DNA of 64,000 nt from Eledone cirrhosa (GCA_964016885.1 OZ024755.1:36766001-36830000), one strand, 5' to 3'; shown: positions 13,061 to 27,721, counted from the first letter of the stretch. Made by a program: numbers and translations. The notes: generated by a model not told the origin, from the letters alone.

Positions 13061-14822
13061 TTAAATAATGGTGTTTGTAGACACTCGATTGATTTCAGCC
13101 AGTTCGGTTCCTGGTAGTTGAATCTAATCTAATCTATTCTAACCGAGTTTACACTCGCAAATAAGAAGAACCAGGGCCGCCTCTAGGAGCATTGGATTTG
13201 GTGTACTTCATATTTGTTTCATTTGCTGAATACAATCAGGGGTCACTGCTTCTCCTGAAGGTCAATAGTTCTCTTCTAACTCGAGCGGAAGCGCCTTTCC
13301 ATTATCAATTTACATTGATCATCTGCAAAGCCACATTGTTCTCAGAACCACTACACCAGTCTTTTGATGTGTGCAGCTGGAACCACTGCCATCCATTGAT
13401 TTGGCAGGATTTATTTATTATTTTTTATAGATGGCCGTTCACTCTTATGAGTTCTTCCGCCTTTTGTCAGGTTTAGTTTTTTGTCCTGCAGAGTGTCCCA
13501 AATCACCCCCCTCACCAAAAGTAAATTTGGTGGGGTTGCTGGTTTAGTCGCCGACGACCCGACCATGCGACAGGTTTTACTGGGTTACATGCCACCAGTA
13601 GCATCTAAAAGTGACCTGACTATGGTAGTTGAGTATAGGGTTAAAACCGATGCTTGTCAACACACCGGTTCAGCTTTGTAAGGGATTTGGTTCGGTGGTA
13701 GTTCTTAAAGGTAGTTCCATTTTATGTGTAAATTCCATGCCAATTATGTAATGGGGGTCGTAGTCGCTGCAGAATATTAGAAATTATCTAAGATGATGAC
13801 TACTGCCTGATATCCGTTATCCCAATACCACTGATTGCGAGGGTCGATGGTTGCTTTGATTTAATCTGAATATATTTACATTCAGGTTAAAGCAATTGAC
13901 TGACTATGTTGCGTGTATTTATATGGTCTTGATAGGAAAAGAGTGTATCTAATAACCAAATAAATTTTAATTTACATAGCGCCCTGATATCCATCATACA
14001 CCATGTGTTGTGCACACGTCCATGGAATAATTTTTGCAAATGTTGATTACATATGCCAATCTAATGAAGATATTAGTAATAGAATGGTTTACTCATTATC
14101 AATCGAATCTTTCCAGAAGAATGTAATTAATATAAAATGAAAGTAAACAATCGAAATATTGAGGTATAAAGACTAATTCAAATTACACGACCTTAACAAT
14201 ATAGATTTTAGCCTCGAAACTGTCGTGTGAATTAAATTTGACATTAAATTTGAAATTAAGAATCATGTTATTAACCTCTATACACGCCATGTTCTATAGG
14301 CGTAGAACAGCTACCAAGATACTATCATGGAATGACCAAATGAGGTCTATTTTTCAACATAGTCCCTGGAAAGAAATGATGCAATTATTGATAAGAAGAG
14401 TTGGAATTAATGAATGCAAGATTTTACAGCTCTAGCATCACTCCTCCATAGTCAGGCTCTGAACATTTCAGTTGAATTTAATAATATCTATTTGCATTTA
14501 TTTGCTTTTAATGTTAATTATTACCTGTTGACTTACAGAACAAATTGTCCTTCGAAATAATTCTGGATTAAACAGATGAGAATAAAATGAATTATTATAG
14601 ATGAGGGCCGGATGAAATGTTCATAGGCCGACTATAAAGGATTAATGCTAGAGCTATGAAATGTGGCATGCAACTGAATGGTACACTCGCTTAATTTTAA
14701 CTCTTCTTATTAATAACTGCATTATTTCTTTCCAGGGACAATGTTGAAAAATAACATCCTTCAGTATTTTCAATATTTTGGCGGATACGGAAACGGTATA
14801 TATCTACGCAAAGCATCCGTAT

Positions 14823-15245
14823 TCTTCTTGTGAAGCTAAACTCCGCCAGTTGCAGACTGCGCATCAACATGTGATGTCTCTCTCTACAAAGTTCGATCAC
14901 CAACAGCAGAGTTCAAAGAGCAAAGATCAAGTCCAGTCCACAAGTTGACATTGTCAAGCCATCGTTTTGGCTGCCGGCCTTTGCTTCTCTTACCAGCCAA
15001 CCTTCCTTCCAGCCATAACCTACTCACACCACGAGATGATCTTTTTATATGACCGTATAGTTTGAGTACTCTTGACTTGACAATTGATGTAATTGGTCTA
15101 AGTTTGGTAATGTTGAGCAGCTCACTGATACAGATACGGTCGCTGAGCTGCTTGCCAGTCATAAGTCTCGTGATGTGGTTCTGGAATGTAGAGAGCTTCT
15201 GAAGTGACCTTGTTGTCCAATTAACACAGTCAAGACCATATAGGG
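14823..15245 (-). mobile_element. RTE LINE 3' fragment (family A)
   Basis: LYGLDCVNWT...LYGHIKRS...KRWLDNV in the C-terminal part of ORF 14884-15441. Confidence 0.85.
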
Positions 15246-17133
15246 TAGGGTAGCTAACGAACCTGGTACGAAAGTTTTCGATAGAGTCGACCATCGGTAT
15301 CTGGCGGCTGTCCTGAGGGCGGCGGGCTTTGGGCTCGTCTTCAGAGGCTGGATCACTGCCATACACAGCGACATCTGCTCTGTGGCGAGAGTGAATGCTC
15401 ACCTTTCGGAATCGTTCAACTTCATGCGCTCGGTCCGCCAAGGATGTCCCCTCTCGTCCCTGTTGTACGTATTGACTCTCGAGCCATTACTGCACAAACT
15501 GAAGACGTAGAGGTGCGTCCCGCATGGACTAGGACACGGGAGGACCGCGTCAGCGTAGTGGTGTTTAGTGCCAAACACATCTCGGCTCTACACTAAGAGA
15601 ATACGAGGCGGTGACAGGAGCAATGATTAACCAAGAAAAGACGGTGGGCCTGCAACTCGGCACCCGGAGAGGCGGGTCCATGCCGTCCAACAGCGCCGTC
15701 GGGCGCTGGATGGACAGATGGGTTAAATTGCTTAGGGTCTGGTTCGGTCTGGACCTCCAAACGGACAAAAACTGGGACGAGGTGAAGAGCAGGGTGGCCT
15801 TTCTCACCCAAAAATGGGCTGAGAGGAAGCTATCACTGAAAGGTCGAGCGGAGGTGGCGAACGCGTATATCGCGTCCGTCATCTACTACCGCCTGACCGT
15901 CGTGCCCTGTCCTAAGCGTCGCCTGATTGCACTGGAGCGTTTGCCTTTTTTGTGAAAGGGACGCGCTCCTATGGTCAGACGGTCCGTTTGCTGTCAACAC
16001 CCGCTACGTTGAGGACTGAGCACGCCGTGGCTGATGATGCGCAAGCATGCGCTCAGGCTACGGCATCTCCACCTCTTCCTCGATGGTGATCAGGTGTATT
16101 CGCCGTTTGCTAGACGTGTTTTTTCCCAGCTCGTCTCCTTGACGGAGCTGCAGTCCTGGGTCAAGCGAAGACCGCTCACAGCCCTCGACCAATCGAGCGA
16201 TGCGATCTGTGGAAACTCCACCTTGGCGTTCTATAGGGGGTTAGTGGAAGGAAAGATCGATGACGTCCTTGAGGAGATTCTGGGTGTCGACGAAAATCAA
16301 CTAGTCAATATCTCCGGGAGAACTTTCAGGCCGTGGCCCATGGACAACTTCCAGAAATCCCTGGCCTGGCAGTGCAACCGGGGAGCTTTGCCAGTTCGGG
16401 ATAAACTCTACAGGCATGGAAGTGCCGTCAGCCGGGCCTATTCGAGATGCGCGCATGACAACAAAACTGCCCTGCACGCACTCGTCGGGGCTGACTTGTG
16501 GGTTTATGTCGAACACCTGCTGTCGCGTGTAGGACTGATCCGACTATCAGTTGAGTCCATCGGGAGGATTGCTTTGCCGCCTCCCTTTAGCCAGGAAGGG
16601 CAGGCATTTTTTATCTGCCTACTGGCCATGGCGAAAGAGGTCGTATGGTGGACGCGTTTGAAAGGGCTGAAGACGAGCACTTACCTCTTCGGTGATGCCC
16701 TGATTAACTTTTTCAAATTTCATTTGAAAAGGAAAATCAGGGGGGAGAGGGAAGTGCTCTCTTCCCAGCTTTTTGATGAAAGATGGGTGAGAGAGGCAAG
16801 AATGGCCCGAGTGAGTGGACCTAGTCTGTAAATTGAAGGTGGAAAACTGGGAGAGGACACTTACCCTGGTGGTCAGGGTCACCGTGGCTTTTTTTAATGG
16901 GCTTTCTCCACGAATGTCCCTCGGAAGTCTCCCCCCTACTGGGGAATTTTTCATTGTTCTTTTTATTACATCCTCTGTTTTTTGGTTTTTTTTACACGCA
17001 GAAATGCCCATTTGTACCGTCCTGTATTGTCTTGTACTGTCCTTAATGTCTACTTTGTGTAAACCCTTGTGGTTAATAAAGAAAGCATTATTATTATTTT
17101 TCTTGATGTCAGCCCTTGTGGCCAATAAAGAAA

Positions 17134-17195
<62 letters not shown>

Positions 17196-17520
17196 ATACA
17201 GTATGCGCCTGTAGACTGAGGAGTGGGAGAACTGAGAGAGGGCGCTTGCTCTAGTGGTCAGGCTGGCCGTGGTCTTTTGTGAGGTTTTCGCCACGAGTGA
17301 CCCTCGAAGGTTCCCCCCGCCCCTATTGGGGAATTTTTTTTGTTTGAATTTTTTAATTTGTTTTTACACATTTCTATTTTCTTCTTATAACCTTTTTACG
17401 CGACCAAAACCCGCTTTGTACCGTTCTGTGACGTCTGTAATGTTTTTCATCGGGTTAGCCCTTGTGGCCAATAAAGAAACCGCTATTGTCATTATTATTA
17501 TTATTATTGTTATTATTATT
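15245..17520 (+). mobile_element. Tx1/L1-clade LINE, 5'-truncated and decayed, with reiterated 3' ends and (ATT)n tails
   Basis: RT motif RSVRQGCPLSSLLYVLTLEPLL near 15426-15490, then INQEKT, W..RKLSLKGRAEVAN and GALPVRDKL...C..C remnants. cccttgtggccaataaagaaa+(att)n 3' ends occur near 17064, 17113 and 17459. Confidence 0.85.
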
Positions 17521-17523
17521 GTA

Positions 17524-17900
17524 GGGTGGTGGATTCGCAGTATCGGTAGAGAGTTACGGCCCTTTACGGTCTGAGTTCAAATCCTGCCGAAGTTAACTTT
17601 GCCTTTCATCCTTCCGGGGTCAATAAAATAAAGTACCAGTAACGTACAGGGGTCGATTTAATCGACTTTCCCATCCCGCAAAAATTGCTGGCCTTGTGCC
17701 TAAATAAGGGCAGTGGAATGGCAGTATCGGTAGAGAGTCGGACGCCATGCTTTCCAGCATAGTTACATCCCTTTACTGTCTGAGTTTAAATCCCGCCGTG
17801 GTTAACTTTGTCTTTCATCCTTACGGGGTCGATGAAATAAAGTACCAGTAATGTACTGGGATAATTGCTGACCTTGTGCCAAAATTAGAAACAATTATTA
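17524..17900 (+). mobile_element. Two SINE copies
   Basis: SINE core present twice. Confidence 0.85.
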
Positions 17901-17919
17901 TCATTATTGTTATTGTTCT

Positions 17920-18845
17920 TTGAGTCTCAGTCGTTGATGTTAGTTAACTGGAAAGTTTGTTGAAATGAATATCAAGCCACTACCTGCAGCCTCAGATATT
18001 CAGGACGTATCGGAGGGTTCTTGCTGTTCCCAGCAAGCATGCTTTTTGAAGCGTTCCAAAAAGCGTGGCGGGGCCAATTTTTCTTTAACCATCCCTGGAA
18101 ACTTTTTGAGATAGTACTTAGTGCGCCTATGACAATCGGTACCACTTTGACTTCATGGCAGTTCCAAATCCTTTTTACCTCCCACTTTAAGTCCTGGTAT
18201 CGGTTAATTTTCTTCCTCTCCTTCTCTTGCACTCTCGTGTCGAATGGGCAGGCCACATCCACAATCAGGCACGATCTTTTTTCTTTGTCCAAAACCACCA
18301 GGTCAGGTCTATTGTGTTCCAGTTTCTTGTCCGTCTGTATCCTAAAATCCCACAGCACCTTCACCTGATCGTTTTCTATCACCGCCTCTGGCTTATGCTC
18401 ATACCATTTCTCAGAATGCGGTAAATTGTTTACTTTGCACAGGTGCCAGTGGATCACCCTGACCATCACATCATGTCTCCAGCCCTTATAGTGAGTCTGG
18501 GCTAGGTGTTTACACTCGGATACAATGTGAGCCACAGTCTCCTCTCTCTCTCCACAGATCCTGCACAGTGGGCTAGCCTCCTCCTTGTAAATATGGTGTT
18601 TCAACCACTTCGTTTTGAGGGCCTGCTCTTGCGCAGCCATTAACATTCCTTCTGTAGCCTTTTTAAGGTCTCCTCTTTTCAACCAGTTCCATGTCTGTGG
18701 ATCTCTGAATTCAGTTTTCTCAAAGAATGTACTATGAAGGGATTTTTCACGAAGGCTGCTCTTTCTCGTTGTTGTTATTTCCTCCTTGGACATCCCCTGG
18801 TCTCTTGTCCTCTCCTTCAGTACAGTTCTGATCATTGGCTCCTTA
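17920..18845 (-). mobile_element. R4/Dong-like non-LTR element (RLE type), 3' fragment in (TAA)n
   Basis: ORF 17972-18835 has AAQEQAL, the CRIC..ETVAHIVSEC zinc knuckle, RHD, and RPDLVV..IVDVACP (PD-D/ExK nuclease). Flanked by (att)n. Confidence 0.9.
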
Positions 18846-18864
18846 CTATTATTATTATTATCAC

Positions 18865-18925
<61 letters not shown>

Positions 18926-18937
18926 GTTGTTATTCCT

Positions 18938-19359
18938 TGAATCTCAGTCATTGATGTTGGTTAACTGGAAAGTCCGTTGGATTGAATATCAAGCCACTAC
19001 CTGCAACCTCAGATATTCAGGACGTATCGGAGGGTTCTTGCTGTTCCAAGCAAGCATGCCTTTTGAAGCGTTCCAAAAAGCGTGAAGGGGCCGATTTTCT
19101 TTAACCATCCCTGGAAACTTTTGGAGATAGACCCCAGTGCGCCTATGACAATCGGGATCACTTTGACTTCATGGCAGTTCCAAATCCTTTTCACCTCCCA
19201 CTTTAGGTCCTGGTATCGGTTAATTTTCTCCCTCTCCTTCTCTTGCACTCTCGTGTCGAACGGGCAGGCCACATCCACAATCAGGCACAATCTTTTTTCT
19301 TTGTCCACAACCACCAGGTCAGGTCTATTGTGTTCCAGTTTTTTGTCCGTCTGTATCCT
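18938..19359 (-). mobile_element. Second R4/Dong-like 3' fragment, same family
   Basis: ORF 19009-19389 RPDLVVVDKEKR..VDVACPFD, between (att)n tracts. Confidence 0.9.
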
Positions 19360-19409
19360 AATTATTATTATTATTATTATTATTTGCATTTATCTTGCTT
19401 TATGTTTAT

Positions 19410-19937
19410 ACGAGTTATCACCAAGTCACAACCAGTGACCTCAAGAGACAACAAGGTCCGCCATGTTCAAGAAAGAACACACATATTCACACATGCATCC
19501 TTAGTGTTTAGACTTGTGATGTACTTATATTGACAGGATCTTCCTTAGTATATGGGCAGTTCCCATTAGTACTATCTTTTGTATTTCTCCTATACGCGGG
19601 TTTCCTGGGATTTGCGATAAGTAGTCGTTAGACCCCTTAGGTATCATTCCCAGAGCGCCTACAACCACTGGTATTGTTTTAGTTCTCAATTTCCACATTT
19701 TTCCAATTTCTATCTCCAGGTCCTTATACTTGCTCAATTTTTCAAATGTTTTTATAGATACATTCTTGTCTATTGGAACAGACATATCAATTAGCAGGCA
19801 TACCCTCCTTTGAAAGTCCTTCAATATTATATCAGGTCTATTTGCATCTATTTTTCGGTCTGTTTGGATGCTAAAGTTCCACAAGATTGAGATGTGATCT
19901 TTTTCAAGTATGGGAGGTGGTTGATGCTCCCACCAAT
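19410..19937 (-). mobile_element. Third R4/Dong-like 3' fragment, different family
   Basis: ORF 19525-20022 RPDIILKD..LIDMSVP..EKLSKYKDL..PVVVGALG. Confidence 0.9.
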
Positions 19938-19938
19938 T

Positions 19939-20001
<63 letters not shown>

Positions 20002-20326
20002 TAATATCACAATCGGATTCACTTTGTTGTGGCATGCGATTCACTTAAAAGAGAAAAAAAAAAATTAGCTTATCGAACATATTTATTAGAAGTATTTCTA
20101 CTAGAATCTCAGTAATAATAGCTATTGATGCCTATTCAGAGGTGATTAGTTTCATTTTCATAATCAAAACAAATAGAATACGCTTGCGGGTCAATTAGAT
20201 GTCATACTTCCACCATATTTGTTGAATGCGGAATAGAAAATATCACATGAGCGTCACAAAACATATAAAAATATAATATAATAGATATCTTACTGAGCGT
20301 GGGAAGCGAGGATATATAATAGTCCT

Positions 20327-20360
<34 letters not shown>

Positions 20361-20460
20361 ATCCTGTTTATATATATATATGTATGTATGTGTGTGTGTG
20401 TGTGTGTACATATGTATATATATACACACACAGACATATATATGCACACACACACACACA

Positions 20461-20526
<66 letters not shown>

Positions 20527-20747
20527 CATACATATATGTATGTATGTGTATATATATATATATATATAACGAAATAATTGAAATATGGACATAGAACCTA
20601 AATTTTCAGGTATTTTTTTTGTTATTGTTGTTTTGTTATTCAGGTAATTTTTTTGTTATTGTTGTTAAAATTTTAAATAAATGTATGTAAATTAATTAAG
20701 CCTAATTTACGTCTTTTTCGTCATTACTTTTTGTTCATTTCTGAATA

Positions 20748-20815
<68 letters not shown>

Positions 20816-21002
20816 TTTTTACTAGTTGTTATTGTCCCTAATCAAACCATGTTGAAAGGATAATTAGAAACATATAGTACTATCCCGAAATTTAATTAGC
20901 TGGGAATTAGTGGTTTTAACATACAATAACTCCTCATGGATTTCAAATCTCTTTTGAATCATATTTGGAAAAGAATCCCAACGGATAATACAATAGAGTT
21001 TA

Positions 21003-21100
<98 letters not shown>

Positions 21101-21269
21101 AAACGGCATTCTATAACATATATGCGACTATAACGTCAAGATGGGAAAAGTAGTTAACGAAAGAATTAGGAAAAATAACTCAAACTCATCTCAAAAGAGA
21201 ATCAGGATATAAATTCATCCACAGAATTTAGTAAAATCCAGGGAAAAATCTATAGACCTTTAACTCATG

Positions 21270-21303
<34 letters not shown>

Positions 21304-21304
<1 letters not shown>

Positions 21305-21713
21305 GTAGGAGGTGAGTTTTATTGTAGTACAATAAAGCAATGCAGATATCGGATAAGAAGCACTCTACAGTTTGTAGGACTGGAGTATACATAATATATA
21401 AGATCAAAAGATGGTTAAAGGAGTTCCGTGTATTTTATTATGCGCATTTCAAAAACAAACATCATCATGCAATAATATTTGTGTTTTCATCAGATAAAAC
21501 ACAAATATTATTGCATGATGATGAAAACACAAATATTGCATGATGATGAAACACAAATATTATTGCATGATGATGAAAACACAAATATTATTGCATGATG
21601 ATGAAAACACAAATATTATTGCATGATGATGTTTGTTATTATTGCATGATGATGTTTGTTTTTGAAATGCGCATAATAAAATACACGGAACTCCTTTAAC
21701 CATCTTTTGATCT

Positions 21714-21722
<9 letters not shown>
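21304..21722. mobile_element. Inverted-pair HHR element in (TA)n; HHR at 21433-21499 (-)
   Basis: Reverse complement: TTTTAT CTGATGA AAACACAAATATTATT GC ATGATGATGTTTGTTTTT GAAA TGCGCA TA ATAAAA. The right arm is an inverted copy. Family members at 42341, 49483/49642 and 63723. Confidence 0.8.
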
Positions 21723-22373
<651 letters not shown>

Positions 22374-22560
22374 GTTAGTTCTTTCGTTACTTTGGTATTG
22401 TGTGTTAGATTTTGCCTACCACAATGTTCAATTTGTCAAGCTATTTAAACGTATGTTATTATTCTGAGGACCTACCCTTGTCGAGTGCTTTGCTAACTCA
22501 TTCATATCGTAGGTCGACTTTGCTTGCACACCGCCAAAGATTCGATTTTACTAAGCCTCC

Positions 22561-22614
<54 letters not shown>

Positions 22615-22632
22615 ATGTGTGTGTGTGTGTGT

Positions 22633-22701
<69 letters not shown>

Positions 22702-22721
22702 CGCGTGTGTGTGCGTGTGTT

Positions 22722-22776
<55 letters not shown>

Positions 22777-22805
22777 GCACAAATGGAAGGTTTGTAAAAT
22801 CGAAG

Positions 22806-22842
<37 letters not shown>

Positions 22843-23009
22843 AACATTTTAAACCCCGACGGCAGAGCTCAAGCCGTTTTGACGGCTATTTCTGGACTCT
22901 GCCGTCTGGGTTAAACATTTTCCTATTATCCACTCTACTACCCTACGTATTGAGTACTCTGGTGCGTTATGGTACATCTGGTTCCTTACCTTACTTTTTT
23001 CGTTATATA

Positions 23010-23042
<33 letters not shown>

Positions 23043-23233
23043 TTATATATATATATATATATAGAATAAGTAAAAGCGAAGTAGTTTCAGATGTTCAAGT
23101 CCTTTAATAATAATGCTGTGATATATATTTCAATGACGACACACTTCGCTTTTACTTATTCGATATTTACTCCGTTACTCCTATTTGGAAAAAGTACGTT
23201 GAGTGCTTGAATTGAATTGCATCAATGTTTACC

Positions 23234-23291
<58 letters not shown>

Positions 23292-23294
<3 letters not shown>

Positions 23295-23464
23295 GGTGGG
23301 CCAGAATCCATGAGTCGCTTGTTAGTTATGTTTCTTAACATGCTTATTTTATTGTTATTGTATTGTTTTAATTTATTATTTTATTTCTTAATATGCCTCA
23401 CAGGTATTTTATTTATAAATAATCAATAAATAATCAAGTGAGTCATGAATTCTGGCCCACCCTG
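23292..23464. mobile_element. Tc1/mariner-type MITE
   Basis: About 30-bp TIRs cagggtgggccagaatccatgagtcgcttg / caagtgagtcatgaattctggcccaccctg with TA on both flanks. Confidence 0.85.
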
Positions 23465-23630
23465 TACATATATACACACACACACTCTCTCTATTACACA
23501 GACACACACACATATATATATATATAATAGTAATAGGTATAGTACAAGGAAAAAACAGGAATGACTAGGCAAGGAATAGTTAGAAGGAGAAAATATATTT
23601 ACAGTTCCTTAACATATGTTCCTTAACACA

Positions 23631-24247
23631 TAGTGGCTGGCAACTCGTTTTCGAGTACGGCCACCACTATATATCCATGTAGGAGAACCCCTACCGATGC
23701 GGCGAACGAGTGTGACTTTTTAGTCCAGCCAGCGGCTTGAAAACTCTGGTACAAAACTACACTTGTGACAATTATTGACACATAGTGCTGGGCCCATGGT
23801 ACCATGTGACGGCAAGTGTAGAGAGATCTCCAGATATAAAGCAATGCCTGTGCCGTGAAGCTTTTATAGTGAGCAAAGGCACTGCACAAAGCCAGTCCCA
23901 CTCTCTTAACCAAGATGATATTTACCAAAAAGAAGAACAAGTCAACATCATTGGATACCATCAGGGTTGTAGGTGTTATATCAGAGTTTTCCTTCTCCTA
24001 GAATTCTGCCTTGACAAAGGCTAAGGGGTCATCTCTCCCGGTGATTTTGGATGGCCATTGACTCTTAAGAGCTCATTTGTCCTTTTGCCCTTTGACAGGT
24101 TTTGTTTTTAGTCCTGCAGGATGTCCAAAGTCGCCCTCCTCACCAAGAAACCTTGGTGGGGTTGCCAGTTTAGTCGCCAACGACCAGACCATGGGACAGG
24201 TTGTACTGGGATACATGTTACCAGTAGCACCAACTGGTGACCTGACA
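23631..24247 (-). mobile_element. ~600 bp non-autonomous retroelement (copy of 1528/55070)
   Basis: Reverse complement of 55070-55685. Confidence 0.8.
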
Positions 24248-24285
24248 TATACATACATACATACATACATACATACATACATACA

Positions 24286-24398
<113 letters not shown>

Positions 24399-24494
24399 TA
24401 GCCAAGGTTAACAAATGATAAGAGAAGACCGGCAGAAGAGAAAACGTCTGTATTGAATGCATTGTCTTGTTTACAGTGTGTGTGTGTGTGTGTG

Positions 24495-24525
<31 letters not shown>

Positions 24526-24819
24526 GAGTGTCTGTGTGTATGTGTGTGTGTGCCTGTGTAAGTGTTCGTGCGTGTGCATGTGTGTGTGTAAACCACCGTT
24601 TGAATCGGAGACATAGGCCGCGAAACACGATAATCACTGACAACGAACTCGCAGAGAGAATCCCTTATTGTTGATTCCCAGCCTGCTAGAAATAGCAGTC
24701 AGGTTGGTTAGCCTACGTGGTATGTCTTTCTTCTTCTTTGGTGTTATAACATTAGTATCAATAAACTTTCCTGGATATACTCTTATCCCAATTCTATACA
24801 TACTTTCCGATTGTCACTT

Positions 24820-25270
24820 TTCGTTTTTTTTGTTTATATTTTGTTTTTGTCTATGCAAAAATATCTGTACACGAATATATAATTATATATATATATATAT
24901 ATATTAAAATAACAGATTAAAGTTTAAGCAAAGAATCGCTGCTTTCACCCTTAACGGGATCTTCTGAAACTAAAAAAATCAATCTGTGAACGCGGAAGTA
25001 AATATTTCGAAAAACGTTGCAACCGAAAGAAAACAGGAAGATGATACTTTGGTGCGTGAAGACGTTAGGAATGTCGTATAACCGGAAGTGTTGACATTTG
25101 AACATTTTAAAGAAGTGAATATTTAAATAAACGATAAATATCTTGAATTTTTAACAAAATTTAGTAGACGAAAATACCCTCACTTTCTTACTTGGAAAAA
25201 GTTACATCTATGGTGCAAATTTGGTGCCGTTTGGTCCAACCGCTTGGCGGAAAGTTTGTTACCTACATAC
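24820..25270 (-). mobile_element. Helitron-family fragment
   Basis: Shares aaaataacagattaaagtttaagcaaagaatcgctgctttcacccttaacgggatcttc with 29603-30534 and 53160-53770. Confidence 0.6.
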
Positions 25271-25286
25271 AGCCGTCAGCTTTATA

Positions 25287-25344
<58 letters not shown>

Positions 25345-25348
<4 letters not shown>

Positions 25349-25848
25349 TTATGGATACTATTTATGGTTATGTATATAATAAAACCTTTTATGGTTATAT
25401 ATTTTTCATATACAAACCCCAAATAGTGAAAGATAGTCATTCATTACTATCTTATTACCAGTAAGATAAATAGCTCAATGTAATAACATCAGTTGTTTTA
25501 CAGAGCAGTTATATAGAGATTACAATAATCAAAGTTCAGTTTAAATGATTTATTTACTTACAATTATTTCCTCCAAACCGAGGTTTGGATTCTTCGGAGC
25601 AACTATTTAGTGATCTATAACATACTTGACCTCCTTTTCAATGCAAGAGACATATAAAAACATATGCATATATTGACCCAATTGGGTCAATATATGCATA
25701 TGTTTTTATATGTCTCTTGCATTGAAAAGGAGGTCAAGTATGTTATAGATCACTAAATAGTTGCTCCGAAGAATCCAAACCTCGGTTTGGAGGAAATAAT
25801 TGTAAGTAAATAAATGATTTAAACTGAACTTTGATTATTGTAATCTCT
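25345..25848. mobile_element. Spacer-less palindromic HHR element; HHR at 25761-25809 (+) mirrored on minus
   Basis: Arms 25515-25848 centred on ttgacccaattgggtcaa. TTGCT CCGAAGA ATCCAAACC TC GGTTTGGAG GAAA TAATTG TA AGTAA. Confidence 0.8.
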
Positions 25849-26313
25849 CTCTCTCTATATATATATATATAATACATTAACAGAGAAAGCTTTAAGCGAT
25901 ACTCTGACCAATTCCATCTCATTCAACAAACATTAGGATATAGCTAAGTATAATCCCAATTAAGTGTTTGGGGTGCTAACTATATAGTATTCCGTGGAAA
26001 ATTGGTTGTATTATTTTATATGAGACATAATAAATCTCTCTTTCCTTATAAGATTTCTACAAGTTGGGATAAATAATGTCCAAGTTATGTAGAAACTTGT
26101 ATATAATCCATAGAAATACACACAATATATATATATAGTAATAATAAATGTGAAGACTAAAATCCGAAGAGGGCTCGATAAGGATAATATATATATAAAA
26201 ATATATAAAACCATAGAGCAAATATTTATTAAAATAACAGATTAAAGTTAACGGGATCTTCTGAAGATCCCGTTAAGAGTGAAAGCAGCGATTTAAACTT
26301 TAATCTGTTATTT

Positions 26314-26371
<58 letters not shown>

Positions 26372-26580
26372 AAAAAGAGAAATAGGACGAAGGTAAACAG
26401 TTACAAAAGGATTTAATCCACGTATTAACAATTCCACTACAGAATCCCTACCAACCTGTCGAGTCAGTCACCTTAACGTATGTTGATAACTTTCCTCACA
26501 ACTTGTTCTACCAAGCTTTGGAATATTTCGATTTTCAGCCCCATGGATTTTACCTATTACATTCACGTATTATATTTCGA

Positions 26581-26638
26581 ATACCTGATGATATCACCGG
26601 ATTCATACGGAACCCGGTCATTGAAATGATCATAGTAT
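26581..26638 (+). ncRNA. Type I minimal hammerhead ribozyme within a (TA)n-flanked island (26370-26832)
   Basis: ATAC CTGATGA ..ACCGG..CCGGT.. GAAA TGATCA TA GTAT, with palindromic stem III. Confidence 0.75.
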
Positions 26639-26829
26639 AATAAACCTTTCAAGGATTTACACAAATCCAGCCTCCTGTCATTTCATTATAATATTTAACT
26701 CCGTAATAGCACCACCAACTACAAAAACAAAGACGGTTGAACTGCTTTACGTTGAGTACTCTCTATATTATTGCATTACGATTGACCATACGGAATAGAC
26801 CAGCTCTATACAGTGGTGAACCTCAAACC

Positions 26830-26879
<50 letters not shown>

Positions 26880-26982
26880 GAGAGTAAAACGGCTCTGTTT
26901 AACTACATTGAGCTATACCTTTTACTGTCATTTCTATAATACGAAGAGGGTGTTTAACTCCAACACACTCCAGTATTTTAAC

Positions 26983-27067
<85 letters not shown>

Positions 27068-27164
27068 TGTGTGTGTGTAAAAGGTAAAACAGGAATAACA
27101 ACACAATCGGTACAATATATGGAAGGAATATATTAAGTTAACGCTTGAAATAGTAGGAAGAGGG

Positions 27165-27200
27165 TCTTAACGTTTCGGACGCTAGTCCTTCATCAGAAGA
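27165..27200 (-). ncRNA. Minimal Penelope-type hammerhead ribozyme
   Basis: Reverse complement: TCTT CTGATGA AGGAC TAGC GTCC GAAA CG TT AAGA. A degenerate sister lies near 59026-59061. Confidence 0.75.
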
Positions 27201-27721
27201 AATAATGAGAAATAAGATCGATTGAAGGGACGGGCGAGATGGAATTGGAAAAAATGTCTTTAGATAAAAATAACAGATCCATTCACGTTGACATATCTTG
27301 GAAAACTCTTGAAGCTGGCGTTTTGTGTATGATTTATTTTTTATATAAGAATAACATTAAGAAAGATACTTTGTTTACAGAAAGTGTTTATTCATTATAA
27401 TTATTTCTATGGCCACCCGTATGCATTCAAGATACAGTAGTTGCATTTGTTACTGGTTTAGGTGTGATTTTATCAGATGAATTTACGTTTATGTGATATG
27501 CTGCAGGCAAAACATGTTCGTATATGTTGCATATTTTAGTAGAAAGCAGTGCCAAGTAATCTGTGGTGGTAGCCATCGCCGACATTGTAGTAGAAAGAAG
27601 TGCCGCGTAATTTCTCCCTGTCATGCTATTATTTACTCATATCAGTTATTAAAATGTGGAGTCACAACTTTTATAATCACAAACAGTATATTTCTGGTAA
27701 TTATGTATTAACTATCTAGAC

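Noticed and set aside
14884-15441. 185-aa ORF as a single gene
   Set aside because: It is a chance fusion of antisense Tx1-like sequence with an RTE 3' fragment.
21500-21655. CRISPR-like short repeats
   Set aside because: The units are contiguous with no unique spacers, the context is eukaryotic, and there are no cas genes.
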